Shown here piece after piece: positions 7,291 to 16,758 of a stretch of DNA of 64,000 nt. The stretch covers positions 12,355 through 76,354 of the forward strand of contig CAKSCN010000001.1 in NCBI GenBank assembly GCA_934444485.1, given 5' to 3'. Source of the stretch: an uncultured Eubacteriales bacterium. GTDB lineage: Bacteria > Bacillota > Clostridia > Oscillospirales > CAG-382. Under the pieces are notes generated by a model. The model made no database searches and was not told the origin of the DNA. It saw only the letters and a list, made by a program, of their open reading frames with translations. Each line of letters opens with the position of its first letter. The first letter of the stretch is position 1. The position numbers and the translations under genes are program-made.

Positions 7291-8203
7291 ACGGCATTTC
7301 CCTGAAACCTTTTCCCACGATATCGCTTGTATTTGAGATGAGAACGAACGAATGAGGGTCGTTTTTCTTCACGACGCCTTTAAGCATTGCCGCCTGCTGA
7401 CGGTTGACCGCAGTGAGAATGAGCGTCTTTTCCTCTCCCGAGAAGCCGCCGTTTACTTTCCACGACGTCAGTCCCCTGTGGAGATTCACTCTGATGAAGT
7501 TCTCCGTCTCGTCGGGATTTGAGGTCACGATGATAAAATACTTCGAGCGGTTTATGCTGTCGATAACCGAATCGACGATGAAGGTCTTGGCAAGAAGTCC
7601 GAGAGTCGAGAAGAGTCCCGTGCGGATGCCGAAGATGAAGTATACGCCGATTACAACCGCAACGTCCGCCGCGAAAAGAGCAGAACCGACGTCGATTTTA
7701 AACGCCTTTTTCAGAAGCATTGCGACGATGTCCGTGCCGCCGGTCGAACCCTTGAAATTGAAGAGTATCGCCGAGCCTATCGCCGGCAGAAGCACGGCAA
7801 AGCAAAGCTCGAGAAGCGGTTCGTCCGTAAGCGGTGCGGAAAGCGGAACAAGAGCCTCGAAAACAGATAACAGAGCCGACATCAAAAGACTGCAATACAC
7901 AGTCCTCAGACCGAAGCTTTTTCCGAGTACGGCAAAGCCGACGATAAGAAGTGCGATATTGCACACCGACACGAACTGCGACGGCGATATGAACGGCACA
8001 AGGTGTCCCACAATGACCGAGATGCCGGAGAGTCCGCCGGTGGCGAAGTTGTTCGGATACTTGAAAAAGTATATTCCGACCGTAACCGCAAACGTGCCGA
8101 GAGTCAAGAGAAGATACTCCGTGATTTTTGACACGGGACGTCTCGCTCCGTTGGGAAAGACTCTTCTCTCCCGGTTTTCCTCATACGGATTTTCGTTTGT
8201 CAT
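7289..8203 (-). CDS. YitT-family membrane protein (DUF2179-type C-terminal domain)
   Basis: 304 aa. A polytopic N-terminal half carries repeated GG(T/L)xG segments (FATGGLSGISVIVG, GSTGGTDIVAMLL). The soluble C-terminal domain includes YFIIVTS...HRGLTSW...TAV, as in YitT/YpjC proteins. Confidence 0.75.
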   Translation of the reverse strand: MTNENPYEENRERRVFPNGARRPVSKITEYLLLTLGTFAVTVGIYFFKYPNNFATGGLSGISVIVGHLVPFISPSQFVSVCNIALLIVGFAVLGKSFGLRTVYCSLLMSALLSVFEALVPLSAPLTDEPLLELCFAVLLPAIGSAILFNFKGSTGGTDIVAMLLKKAFKIDVGSALFAADVAVVIGVYFIFGIRTGLFSTLGLLAKTFIVDSVIDSINRSKYFIIVTSNPDETENFIRVNLHRGLTSWKVNGGFSGEEKTLILTAVNRQQAAMLKGVVKKNDPHSFVLISNTSDIVGKGFREMP

Positions 8204-8215
8204 ACCGGCTCACCG

Positions 8216-9235
8216 TCAAAACTGCGACAGGAAGCGGATGTCGTTTTCGTAGAGAAGTCTCATGTCGTCGATGTTGTACTTTCTCATGACGATTCTCTCG
8301 ATGCCCATGCCGAACGCAAAGCCGGAGTAAACGTCGGGATCAATGTTGCAGCGGCGAAGCACGTTCGGGTGAACCATACCTGCGCCGAGAATTTCAATCC
8401 AGCCCTCGCCCTTGCAGAGACGGCAGCCCTTTCCGCCGCATACAAAGCACGAAACGTCAACCTCTGCGGACGGCTCGGTGAACGGGAAGTGGTGCGGACG
8501 GAAACGGATTCTCGTACCGTCGCCGAACATCTTCTCGGCAAACATTTCGAGTGTTCCTCTGAGGTCGCCCATCGTTATACCCTTGTCAACAACAAGACCC
8601 TCGACCTGGTGGAACATAGGCGAATGGGTTGCGTCAACGGCGTCGGAGCGGTAAACTCTGCCGGGGGAAATTATTCTTATCGGAGGACGCTGAGCCTCCA
8701 TTACGTGTATCTGAACGCTCGAGGTCTGTGTGCGGAGCGTTACCTCAGGGTTGATGTAGAAGGTGTCCTGCGTGTCTCTTGCCGGGTGGTTCGGAGGAAT
8801 GTTGAGCGCTTCAAAGTTGTAGTAGTCGTACTCAACCTCGGGACCGTCGGCGATGGTGAAGCCCATGCCGGTGAAGATATCCTCAATCTCGGCGGAAATC
8901 TTGCTTATCGGGTGCGCGCGTCCTATGGGAGTCTCGGTCGAGGGGAGAGTGACGTCGATTCTTTCCTTTTCAATCTTCGCCTGCTCCTCTTTTTCCTTGA
9001 TGAGTGCGGAGACCTTATCGACCGCTTCCTCAATGTTTCCTCTTATTTCGTTTGCAAGCTGACCGATAATCGGACGTTCCTCTGCGGTGAGCTGACCCAT
9101 GGAACGGAGCGCCGTTGCAAGCTCGCTCTTTTTGCCGAGGTACTTGACCTTGAGTGCGTCAAGCTCGGACGAATCCTTTGCGGCATTTATAAGTCCGAGA
9201 GCGTCGGCTTTGATTTTTTCAAGTTTTTCTCTCAT
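8216..9235 (-). CDS. pheS: phenylalanine--tRNA ligase alpha subunit
   Basis: 339 aa with class II aaRS motifs ([30 protein letters not shown]). Confidence 0.95.
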   Translation of the reverse strand: MREKLEKIKADALGLINAAKDSSELDALKVKYLGKKSELATALRSMGQLTAEERPIIGQLANEIRGNIEEAVDKVSALIKEKEEQAKIEKERIDVTLPSTETPIGRAHPISKISAEIEDIFTGMGFTIADGPEVEYDYYNFEALNIPPNHPARDTQDTFYINPEVTLRTQTSSVQIHVMEAQRPPIRIISPGRVYRSDAVDATHSPMFHQVEGLVVDKGITMGDLRGTLEMFAEKMFGDGTRIRFRPHHFPFTEPSAEVDVSCFVCGGKGCRLCKGEGWIEILGAGMVHPNVLRRCNIDPDVYSGFAFGMGIERIVMRKYNIDDMRLLYENDIRFLSQF

Positions 9236-9337
9236 GTTTATGACCTTTCCTTTCCTTTATTTGCATTTTACGGTATTTGTGTATTGCCGCCGTTTTGCTT
9301 TTTGACATCGGTGAAGTGTCGGAGAGTGTGCAGAGCA

Positions 9338-9598
9338 TAAAAAAAGCCCGACAGAAAAAACTCTGCCGGGACGGAAATTTCCGCGGTACCACCCTGCTTC
9401 CGACGTGACGGACAATTTCCCCACATCGGCACTTCGGACCGTAACGAGGTCTGACGGCGGAGTCTCCCCCGCACCGCTCGAAAGCGAAAACGCAAGCGTC
9501 ACCGGTGCAAAGCCGCTTTCAGCAGGTTACGGCTCTCTCTGTCTGCACTTTTTGCAACGCCGCACTCTTTGTCACTGCGGCATACTTCTTCTTATACA
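9338..9598 (-). promoter_or_regulatory. T-box riboswitch leader (Phe specifier probable) with terminator, upstream of pheS
   Basis: The reverse strand carries the T-box sequence GGGTGGTACCGCGG (9394..9381). It is followed by a terminator CCCGGCAGAG-TTTTTT-CTGTCGGGC and a T run (9370..9338). An AGAGAGAG bulge-like motif lies upstream, TTC occurs twice in the expected specifier region, and a TGG-TATACT extended -10 is near 9606..9614. Confidence 0.8.
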
Positions 9599-9816
9599 CA
9601 CTGTCAGTATACCATGCGTTTGTGAATATATCTACACATATTTGAAAAGATATCGCAATTGAATAATGGCGTGAAAGGGCGGAATGTGTGCGCTGTTTGA
9701 TAAAAAACGGCAAAATGCGGCGCAAACTGTAATTATGCACATTTTGAAGCCGACATTGTGATATTTTTAATACAAATTGCCGTCTTTCGATGATATAATG
9801 ATACTGACGGCGGTGC

Positions 9817-10638
9817 TTATCTGTCGGCTCCCCTCTGAAACTTTTTCGGACTGCTTCCGACTCTCTCCCGGAAAGTTCGTATAAAGTGACTTTCTTCGGC
9901 AAATCCGCATTTGTGAGCCGTTTCGATTACTGTAGCGCCGCTTGTCAGCATTTTCATGGCGTTGGTTATTCTCACGTCGAGAATATGCTGCTTCACGGTC
10001 TTTCCGATGACCGACTTGAAGTCGTCGCCGAGCTTTGTTCTGTTGACGTAGAACCTCTTCGACAGATCCTCTATTTTCAGCTCGCCGGCATAGTTTTCCG
10101 ATATATAGCTAAGTATCTCTCCTATATATCCGAGGCTGTTCCCGTTCGATTCGTTTGAACCGAGAGGAATGCGTTCGCCGTAAAAGCGTGCCGCAAGGTC
10201 AACGAGAAACGCAAAATGGCGTTCGTATTCCTCGGGACGGCTTCCGTTCTCAGGGTAAAGGCGCAGAACGGGAAGTACGGCTTCTCCGACCTTGCCCGTA
10301 AGCGGAAGAAGGGCAAGATTTTCCTTAAATATTCCGCACCTTTCAAAGACGCCCGGAATGTATTTTTCGACATATGCGTCGTTGAAATGGTACTTATACC
10401 TTTCGTAATTCACTCCGTTTTTTGCCGTGAGCTTGTGAAAACTGCACGGAGCATGGAATATAACGCAGGGACCGTCTATGTCCGCAGACACTCCGCCGCC
10501 TATCACGGAGAGCACTCCCGAAACGACGAAGCTCATTTCAAAACAGCGGTGAAAGTGCATATTGCCCTGAAATCCGTCGCTTTCGCAATGTGCGGCGTTA
10601 AGGTCTTCCTTTATGTAGTCGTAAAAAATCCTGTCCAT
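9817..10638 (-). CDS. AraC-family transcriptional regulator (N-terminal cupin-like sensor, C-terminal HTH)
   Basis: C-terminal AraC HTH sequence (VKQHILDVRITNAMKMLTSGATVIETAHKCGFAEESHFIRTFRERVGSSPKKF). I place the start at ATG 10638 (GGGGTGAG ribosome-binding site) because a TGaTACAAT -10 element sits inside the longer ORF-track version (to 10707). Confidence 0.8.
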   Translation of the reverse strand: MDRIFYDYIKEDLNAAHCESDGFQGNMHFHRCFEMSFVVSGVLSVIGGGVSADIDGPCVIFHAPCSFHKLTAKNGVNYERYKYHFNDAYVEKYIPGVFERCGIFKENLALLPLTGKVGEAVLPVLRLYPENGSRPEEYERHFAFLVDLAARFYGERIPLGSNESNGNSLGYIGEILSYISENYAGELKIEDLSKRFYVNRTKLGDDFKSVIGKTVKQHILDVRITNAMKMLTSGATVIETAHKCGFAEESHFIRTFRERVGSSPKKFQRGADR

Positions 10639-10751
10639 ATTCTCACCCCATTCGTACTTATACATTGTATCACGTTTTGCGGCAAAAGTAAATACCGTTT
10701 TTGTCAATAATATCGAGATTTATATGCAAATTCAACATTCGGAGGTACAAA

Positions 10752-13700
10752 ATGAAACTCAAAACACTTGCAAAGCTCACGCTTACGGTTCTTGCGGCGG
10801 CGGCTCTGTGCCTTGCTGTCAGCGCGAAGGAGCCTGTTTCGGTCGGCAAGCCGGTCACGGTATCGTCGTTTCAATCGGGGAACATTGCGGCGAATATAAA
10901 CGACGGCGACGACGACACACGCTGGTGTGCGTCCGGCTCGGTCTATCCGCAGGAGATTGTTATCGACCTTGAGGGTTGGTACGACTTATCCGACGCCGAC
11001 ATTTACTTTCACCGTCCCGACTGGGACAAAGACCGTCACTACAGCTTCAAGCTTTTCGGGAGCTCGGACGGCGAAAGCTACTCTCTCCTTGACGGCGGCG
11101 ACTTCTCCGCAAACGAGAGCACCGAACGCAGACTCGTCTTCACCCTCACCGGCACGGCACGCTACGTGAAGCTTGAAATGTATTCGTGCAGCTCGTCAAG
11201 CGGTTGGGCGAGTGTGAGTGAGATGACGCTTTACGGCACACCTGCGGCGAACAGCGGCATAACGGTGGCGGAAGCAGAGACGCTTCCCGGAGTTACGGTC
11301 GATTTCGGCACGCCGTTTTCATCGCTTTCTCTCCCCGAAAAAGCCTCCGTCAAGCTCTCGAACGGAGCAATTCTCGAAGCCGGGCTTTCGTGGGATTCGT
11401 CGGAATACGACCCCGAAAAATCGGGCGAGCAGGTTCTCACGGCGACCTTCACGGGACTTCCGGCAGGCGTGGCAGCGGGCGGAATATCGGTGACGAAAAA
11501 AGTCTCTGTCAGAAGCAGTGACTACAAGCCGCCGGTCTCGGTGCGCGAGAAGCTTCCGATAAACGACGGCTGGAAATTTCACGACGGCAACGTTTCATCG
11601 GCGGCAAGCGCAATCTTCGACGACTCCGACTGGGAGTCGGTCACTCTTCCGCACACAAACGACGCTTACAGCGGACTCGGAGATAAGGAGTTCGTAAGAG
11701 GTACAGACTGGTACAGAAAGGTTCTCTTTGTCCCCGAGGAAAAGTACGCCGGCAGAGTATATCTCGAATTTGACGCCGCATATTCGGCGACGACCGTTTA
11801 CGTCAACGGCACTCAGGCAGGCGACACTCATTACGGCGGCTACAATCGCTTCAGATACGACATAACCGACGCCGTCAATTTCGGTGCGGACAATATCATA
11901 GCGGTAAAGGTTGACAGCAATCTCAATTCCGTCCCTCCCGTCTCCGGAGACTTCACGAAGTTCGGCGGAATTACGGGCGACGTTTACGTTATATACACAA
12001 ATCCCATCCATGCGGAGCTTCTCGATTACGGTTCTCCCGGAGTGTTCTTCACTCCCGAAAGAATCGGTGAGACCGACAGCTGGAGGCTATCCGTGACCTC
12101 CGATATCGTAAACGACGGAAATGAGGAAAAGACGCTCACCGTCAAAACCGTGCTTCGGGACGTATCCTCGTTCGACCCCATTCCCGGCATACCCGAGAGC
12201 CTCACGCCTTTTGACGAAAGCACGATGTTCGGCGACCGTATTTACGCCGAGTCAGAGAAGGCTCTCACAGTTGCGCCCGGCAAAAAGGCGGCGTTTTCCG
12301 ATGTTCTCGATGTCTCCTCACCGAGACTCTGGGACGGCATAAACGACCCGTTCAGGTATGAGGCGGTTCTCGAAATATACGACGGAGACACGCTTATCGA
12401 CAGCGTTGAGCAGAAGATAGGCTTCCGATACTTTTCGGTTGACCCCGACGAGGGATTTTTCCTCAACGGCAAAAAGTACCCTCTCAGAGGCGTGGGATAT
12501 CACGAGGACTACATCGGCGCCGGAAGCGCCATGACCGACGAAATGTGGGACGAATCCTTTGCAATGGTATATGAGCTTGGTGCGACCGTCTCGAGACTCG
12601 TTCACTATCCGCACGACGAATATTCGTATGAGCTTTGCGACAGGTACGGTATCGTCGTATGGACGGAGCTTTCACAGATAAGCTGGCTCGACGAAAACGA
12701 CGCAAAGTATTTTGAGCGCACGCCGGAATCTCTGAAGGAGCTTATCCGTCAGCAGAAAAACCGCCCGTCGTTGTGCTTCTGGGGAATACAGAACGAGGTC
12801 GGTGTCGGTAAAAATGCGCCGTGGAGCGATGCGACCGACGACTTCATGAACAGCCTCGTTGCCCTTGCGAAAAGCGAAGACCCGACAAGACTCACCGTTC
12901 AGGCGTCCTGCAACTGGGATATCTGCGGCAAGGAGTGGCTTACCGACCTTATTGCGATAAACACCTACCCCCTCTGGTACAGTAACGGCAATCTCGGCGA
13001 CATAGTTGACAGCTATATCAAAAACAACCTCAACAATCCCTTGTACCCCCACTGGAACGGCAAGCCCGTCGGCGTATCGGAGTACGGTGCAGGCTCGAGC
13101 ATTTTCCACCACTCCGACTTCCCGACCGCACCCGTACCGAGCGGAAAGTTCCATCCCGAGGAATGGGCAAGCGTCGCTCACGAATCGGCGATACACGAGA
13201 TAAACAAGCGTGACAATCTCTGGATGACCGCAATCTGGTGTATGTTTGACTTCGCCTCAAACGGTCGAAACGAGGGGGACTCTGCCGGTATAAACGACAA
13301 GGGCCTTGTCACACGTGACCGCAAGACGAAGAAGGACGCTTTCTACCTCTACAAGGCAAACTGGATGTCTGCGGAGCGTGACCCGTTCGTGTACATCACC
13401 TCACGCCGCATGACCGAGAGAGAGGTCGCCTCGAACACGATAACCGTCTACTCGAATATGCAGTCGGTCGAGCTTTTCAGAAACGGCGTAAGTCTCGGAG
13501 AAATGACCTCGGTCGGCGACGGTATCTTCAGAACGGAAAACGTTTCATACGGAGAAATAGGCGACGAAACGACGCTTACCGCAAAGTGCGGCGACGTGAC
13601 CGACAGCATATCCTTCACACGAAAGGCAAGCTCAAGTCTCGAGTTTGACGTAGTCGCCGACGGCATATACATAAATGAAAACGACGGCACTATCCTTTTC

Positions 13701-14840
13701 TCGCAGAACACAAACGCCGAGAATGTTTCCGACTGCTTCCATACAAATTACAACGCCGTGTTCTCGGTTATCGACACCGACCATGCGACGACCGTCGAAA
13801 GCGGACTTATAAAGCCCGGAATGATACTCCGAATAACCGCCGAGGACGGAAAGGCAAGCCGTGATTACAATGTCATCGCAACGAGCATAGCAAGAGGAAA
13901 GCCTGCGACGGCGTCGTCCGAATCCGGTAATAACCGTGCCTCGGGTGCGGTTGACGGAGTTATAAGCAGCGACTCCGGCTTCAAGTGGGACGGTTCGTCC
14001 GCAGCACCCGATTTTCCGTCGGCGTGGCTCATGATCGACCTCGAAAAGGAATACACCCTCACCAAAACCAAGATTTACTTCTTCCCCGGGTGGGGCGGCA
14101 CGAGAGCGTACAAGTACAACATATACGTCGGAACGACAAAGGACAGCCTTGAAAAGGTTGTTGACCGCACGCAGAACACCGAGATAGGAGAAATCGACGA
14201 CCTTCTCGGCAACATCAAGGGTCGCTATGTCAAGATTGAGATAATAACCAACAGCGACTACGAAAGCGGCAACTCATCAGCGCTTCCGAGCATACTCGAA
14301 GCCGAGATAAACGGCTACAATCTCCTGTCCGACACGGCGGTATTCGACCACGAGCTAAAGACCGTCACCATACCGGCAGGCGAGGTAATGCCGTCGGAGC
14401 TTCTTTCGCAGATAAAGGTTGACGGCAACGCACTTCTGAGCATCGAAGCGCCGGCATACTACCTCATGGCGGGCGACAAGCTCATCGTGACCGACTACGC
14501 CGGCGGCAGGACGGTTTACACCGTGCGCTTCTCCGAGGGCAAGACCTACGTCCGTGCAGACTCTGTTTCCGACATCGACGCCGCAGACAAGGACAAGGTT
14601 GTGTACGTTGTGAAGAAGTCCGACGCCGACCTTTGCAGGTACCTCACCGACGGCGGCTTCACGCTCGCATACCTAGGCGACGCCGACACTGACGGCACTC
14701 TCGACGCAGAGGATTTGCGTGCGTATCTGCGTGCGCTCTGCGGAGCCGGGACTCTCGACGTGACTCTCTGCGACATCGACGGCGACGGCAGAGTGGGGCT
14801 TTCGGACCTCCGCGCGCTCGCAAAAATGCTCGAAGACTGA
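10752..14840 (+). CDS. secreted glycoside hydrolase family 2 enzyme with two F5/8 type C (discoidin/CBM32-like) modules and a C-terminal dockerin
   Basis: GGAGGT ribosome-binding site, then MKLKTLAKLTLTVLAAAALCLAVSA as signal peptide. GH2 sugar-binding region (DWESVTLPHTNDAY, WYRK, YVNG) with catalytic-region motifs WGIQNEVG and VSEYGAG. Two discoidin-like modules. The C-terminus has duplicated Ca-binding dockerin segments DTDGTLDAEDLRAYL and DIDGDGRVGLSDLRALAKML. Confidence 0.85.
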   Translation: MKLKTLAKLTLTVLAAAALCLAVSAKEPVSVGKPVTVSSFQSGNIAANINDGDDDTRWCASGSVYPQEIVIDLEGWYDLSDADIYFHRPDWDKDRHYSFKLFGSSDGESYSLLDGGDFSANESTERRLVFTLTGTARYVKLEMYSCSSSSGWASVSEMTLYGTPAANSGITVAEAETLPGVTVDFGTPFSSLSLPEKASVKLSNGAILEAGLSWDSSEYDPEKSGEQVLTATFTGLPAGVAAGGISVTKKVSVRSSDYKPPVSVREKLPINDGWKFHDGNVSSAASAIFDDSDWESVTLPHTNDAYSGLGDKEFVRGTDWYRKVLFVPEEKYAGRVYLEFDAAYSATTVYVNGTQAGDTHYGGYNRFRYDITDAVNFGADNIIAVKVDSNLNSVPPVSGDFTKFGGITGDVYVIYTNPIHAELLDYGSPGVFFTPERIGETDSWRLSVTSDIVNDGNEEKTLTVKTVLRDVSSFDPIPGIPESLTPFDESTMFGDRIYAESEKALTVAPGKKAAFSDVLDVSSPRLWDGINDPFRYEAVLEIYDGDTLIDSVEQKIGFRYFSVDPDEGFFLNGKKYPLRGVGYHEDYIGAGSAMTDEMWDESFAMVYELGATVSRLVHYPHDEYSYELCDRYGIVVWTELSQISWLDENDAKYFERTPESLKELIRQQKNRPSLCFWGIQNEVGVGKNAPWSDATDDFMNSLVALAKSEDPTRLTVQASCNWDICGKEWLTDLIAINTYPLWYSNGNLGDIVDSYIKNNLNNPLYPHWNGKPVGVSEYGAGSSIFHHSDFPTAPVPSGKFHPEEWASVAHESAIHEINKRDNLWMTAIWCMFDFASNGRNEGDSAGINDKGLVTRDRKTKKDAFYLYKANWMSAERDPFVYITSRRMTEREVASNTITVYSNMQSVELFRNGVSLGEMTSVGDGIFRTENVSYGEIGDETTLTAKCGDVTDSISFTRKASSSLEFDVVADGIYINENDGTILFSQNTNAENVSDCFHTNYNAVFSVIDTDHATTVESGLIKPGMILRITAEDGKASRDYNVIATSIARGKPATASSESGNNRASGAVDGVISSDSGFKWDGSSAAPDFPSAWLMIDLEKEYTLTKTKIYFFPGWGGTRAYKYNIYVGTTKDSLEKVVDRTQNTEIGEIDDLLGNIKGRYVKIEIITNSDYESGNSSALPSILEAEINGYNLLSDTAVFDHELKTVTIPAGEVMPSELLSQIKVDGNALLSIEAPAYYLMAGDKLIVTDYAGGRTVYTVRFSEGKTYVRADSVSDIDAADKDKVVYVVKKSDADLCRYLTDGGFTLAYLGDADTDGTLDAEDLRAYLRALCGAGTLDVTLCDIDGDGRVGLSDLRALAKMLED

Positions 14841-14885
14841 ATGCGTACACGCATGCGCACACGAATGCGTAAACGCATAATAAAT

Positions 14886-14922
14886 GCGCACCTCAAAAAC
14901 GGGGTGCGCTGTTCTTTTATTT
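14886..14922 (+). terminator. rho-independent terminator after the GH2 gene
   Basis: GCGCACC-tcaaaaac-GGGGTGCGC followed by tgttcttttatttg. A near-identical copy is at 44674..44709. Confidence 0.65.
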
Positions 14923-14993
14923 GTGCGTATTCCGTGAAGTGCGGAAAGCCCGCCGCCGCAAAGCCTCGTGATAAAGTGCCTCGGCACGCTTCT

Positions 14994-15209
14994 TTAAAAG
15001 AGCGACGTTAACGTAAACCATATCGCCGGAACGGCCGCCGCAAGCCCGAGTACAAGGCAGATTATCGCCCCGGTCTTTTTCGTCCCCTCTCGTCCGCTCT
15101 TTACGAACATCACAACCGCCGCCGCTATAAGCGCTATCGAGGCAATCACCGACGTCGCAAGGACGCATAAAAGCACAAGGTCAATAAGAAGTATCGATAT
15201 AAAAGCCAT
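14994..15209 (-). CDS. small two-TM membrane protein (71 aa)
   Basis: AGGGGGGAC ribosome-binding site before ATG 15209. The product starts MAFISILLIDLVLLCVLATSVIASIALIAAAVVMF and has a second hydrophobic helix. The start is trimmed from the ORF-track 15281. Confidence 0.5.
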   Translation of the reverse strand: MAFISILLIDLVLLCVLATSVIASIALIAAAVVMFVKSGREGTKKTGAIICLVLGLAAAVPAIWFTLTSLF

Positions 15210-15410
15210 GTCAGTCCCCCCTTTTTTTGTTACCGCATTCATTCTACCACAAATCGGCCCGAATTGCAAGCACTTTGACAAAATTCTCCGATATGCCGAA
15301 AAATTAACAAAAATATATTTAAATTACGACGATAGTATGATATCATATACGGTAGATAAATGTGGTGACGCATTTTTGAATCGAATCTAAAAGAACAGGA
15401 GATAATAAAA

Positions 15411-15995
15411 ATGGCAAAAATACTTGTAGAAACTTCCGCAAGACACGTTCACCTTTCCCGTGAACACGTTGAAATCCTTTTCGGCAAGGGTCATGAGCTT
15501 ACCTTTAAGAAGGCTCTTTCCCAGCCCGGTCAGTTCGCCTGCGAAGAAAGAGTTACCGTCGTCGGCGCAAAGAATGAGATAAAGAACGTCATCATTCTCG
15601 GACCCGAAAGAAAGGCAACTCAGGTTGAGGTTTCCCTCACCGACGCAAGAACTCTCGGCGTTACGGCTCCCGTAAGAGAGTCCGGAGACATCGCCGGAAG
15701 CGGTGCCTGTAAGATAGTCGGACCTTGCGGAGAGGTCGAGATAACCGAGGGCGTTATCGCCGCAAAGCGTCACATTCATCTCACTCCCGAGGCGGCTGCC
15801 GAGTTCGGCGTTGAGGACAAGCAGATTGTCTGCGTAAAGATCGATTCCGAGGGCAGAAAGACGATATTCGGCGACGTTGTCGTAAGAGTAAGCGACAAGT
15901 TCTCGCCTGCTATGCACATCGACACCGACGAGTCCAACGCCGCTTGCGCCGCTCCCGGTATGATGGGCGAAATTATCGTTAACTGCGGAAAGTAA
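15411..15995 (+). CDS. pduL: phosphate propanoyltransferase / PduL-type phosphotransacylase
   Basis: 194 aa with the duplicated PduL signature (SARHVHLS near the N-terminus and AKRHIHLTPE in the second half) and a matching overall length. Confidence 0.85.
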   Translation: MAKILVETSARHVHLSREHVEILFGKGHELTFKKALSQPGQFACEERVTVVGAKNEIKNVIILGPERKATQVEVSLTDARTLGVTAPVRESGDIAGSGACKIVGPCGEVEITEGVIAAKRHIHLTPEAAAEFGVEDKQIVCVKIDSEGRKTIFGDVVVRVSDKFSPAMHIDTDESNAACAAPGMMGEIIVNCGK

Positions 15996-16043
15996 TCGCA
16001 CCGATTTTCAGTTTGCAAACATTTATGTAAAGGAGAAATAAAA

Positions 16044-16739
16044 ATGGCAGTATTATCACATGAAGTAGAATCTATGTGCGTCGTAGCCAAGGGTCCTCAT
16101 CACGGTCCCGCTCCCATTCCCGAAGAGGGCAAGTGGGTCAAGGCTTACGAAATCAAGGACATTTCCGGTCTTTCCCACGGTATAGGCTGGTGCGCTCCTC
16201 AGCAGGGCACCTGCAAGCTCACCCTCAACGTAAAGAACGGTATCATCGAGGAAGCTCTCGTTGAGACCTGCGGCTGCTCCGGTATGACTCACTCTGCGGC
16301 TATGGCAGGTGAAATCCTTCAGGGCAAGACAATTCTCGAAGCTCTCAACACAGACCTTGTTTGCGACGCAATCAACGTTGCAATGAGAGAGATCTTCAAG
16401 CAGCTCGTATACGGAAGAACACAGACCGCTTTCTCCGAGGGCGGACTTCCCGTCGGCGCCTCCCTTGAGGACCTCGGCAAGGGACTTCGTTCTCAGGTCG
16501 GCACAATCTTCGCCACCAAGGAAAAGGGCGTAAGATACCTCGAAATGGCAGAGGGCTACATTCTCGAAATGGGTCTTGACGCAGACAACGAGGTTATCGG
16601 CTACAAGTTCGTACACCTCGGCAAGATGATGGACGCAATAAAGAAGGGCGTTGACCCCAAGGAAGCTTACGAGTCCAACGTTAAGACTTACGGTCGTTAC
16701 GACGAAGCAGTCAAGTATATCGACCCGAGAAAGCAGTAA
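16044..16739 (+). CDS. NifU/IscU-like Fe-S scaffold-domain protein, partner of the GGGtGRT protein
   Basis: 231 aa with Cys motifs GWCAPQQGTC and ETCGCSGMTHS, reminiscent of the NifU N-terminal domain. AAAGGAGA ribosome-binding site. It ends 20 nt before the GGGtGRT gene. Confidence 0.65.
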   Translation: MAVLSHEVESMCVVAKGPHHGPAPIPEEGKWVKAYEIKDISGLSHGIGWCAPQQGTCKLTLNVKNGIIEEALVETCGCSGMTHSAAMAGEILQGKTILEALNTDLVCDAINVAMREIFKQLVYGRTQTAFSEGGLPVGASLEDLGKGLRSQVGTIFATKEKGVRYLEMAEGYILEMGLDADNEVIGYKFVHLGKMMDAIKKGVDPKEAYESNVKTYGRYDEAVKYIDPRKQ

Positions 16740-16758
16740 GAGTAAGGAGGTAGTATAA

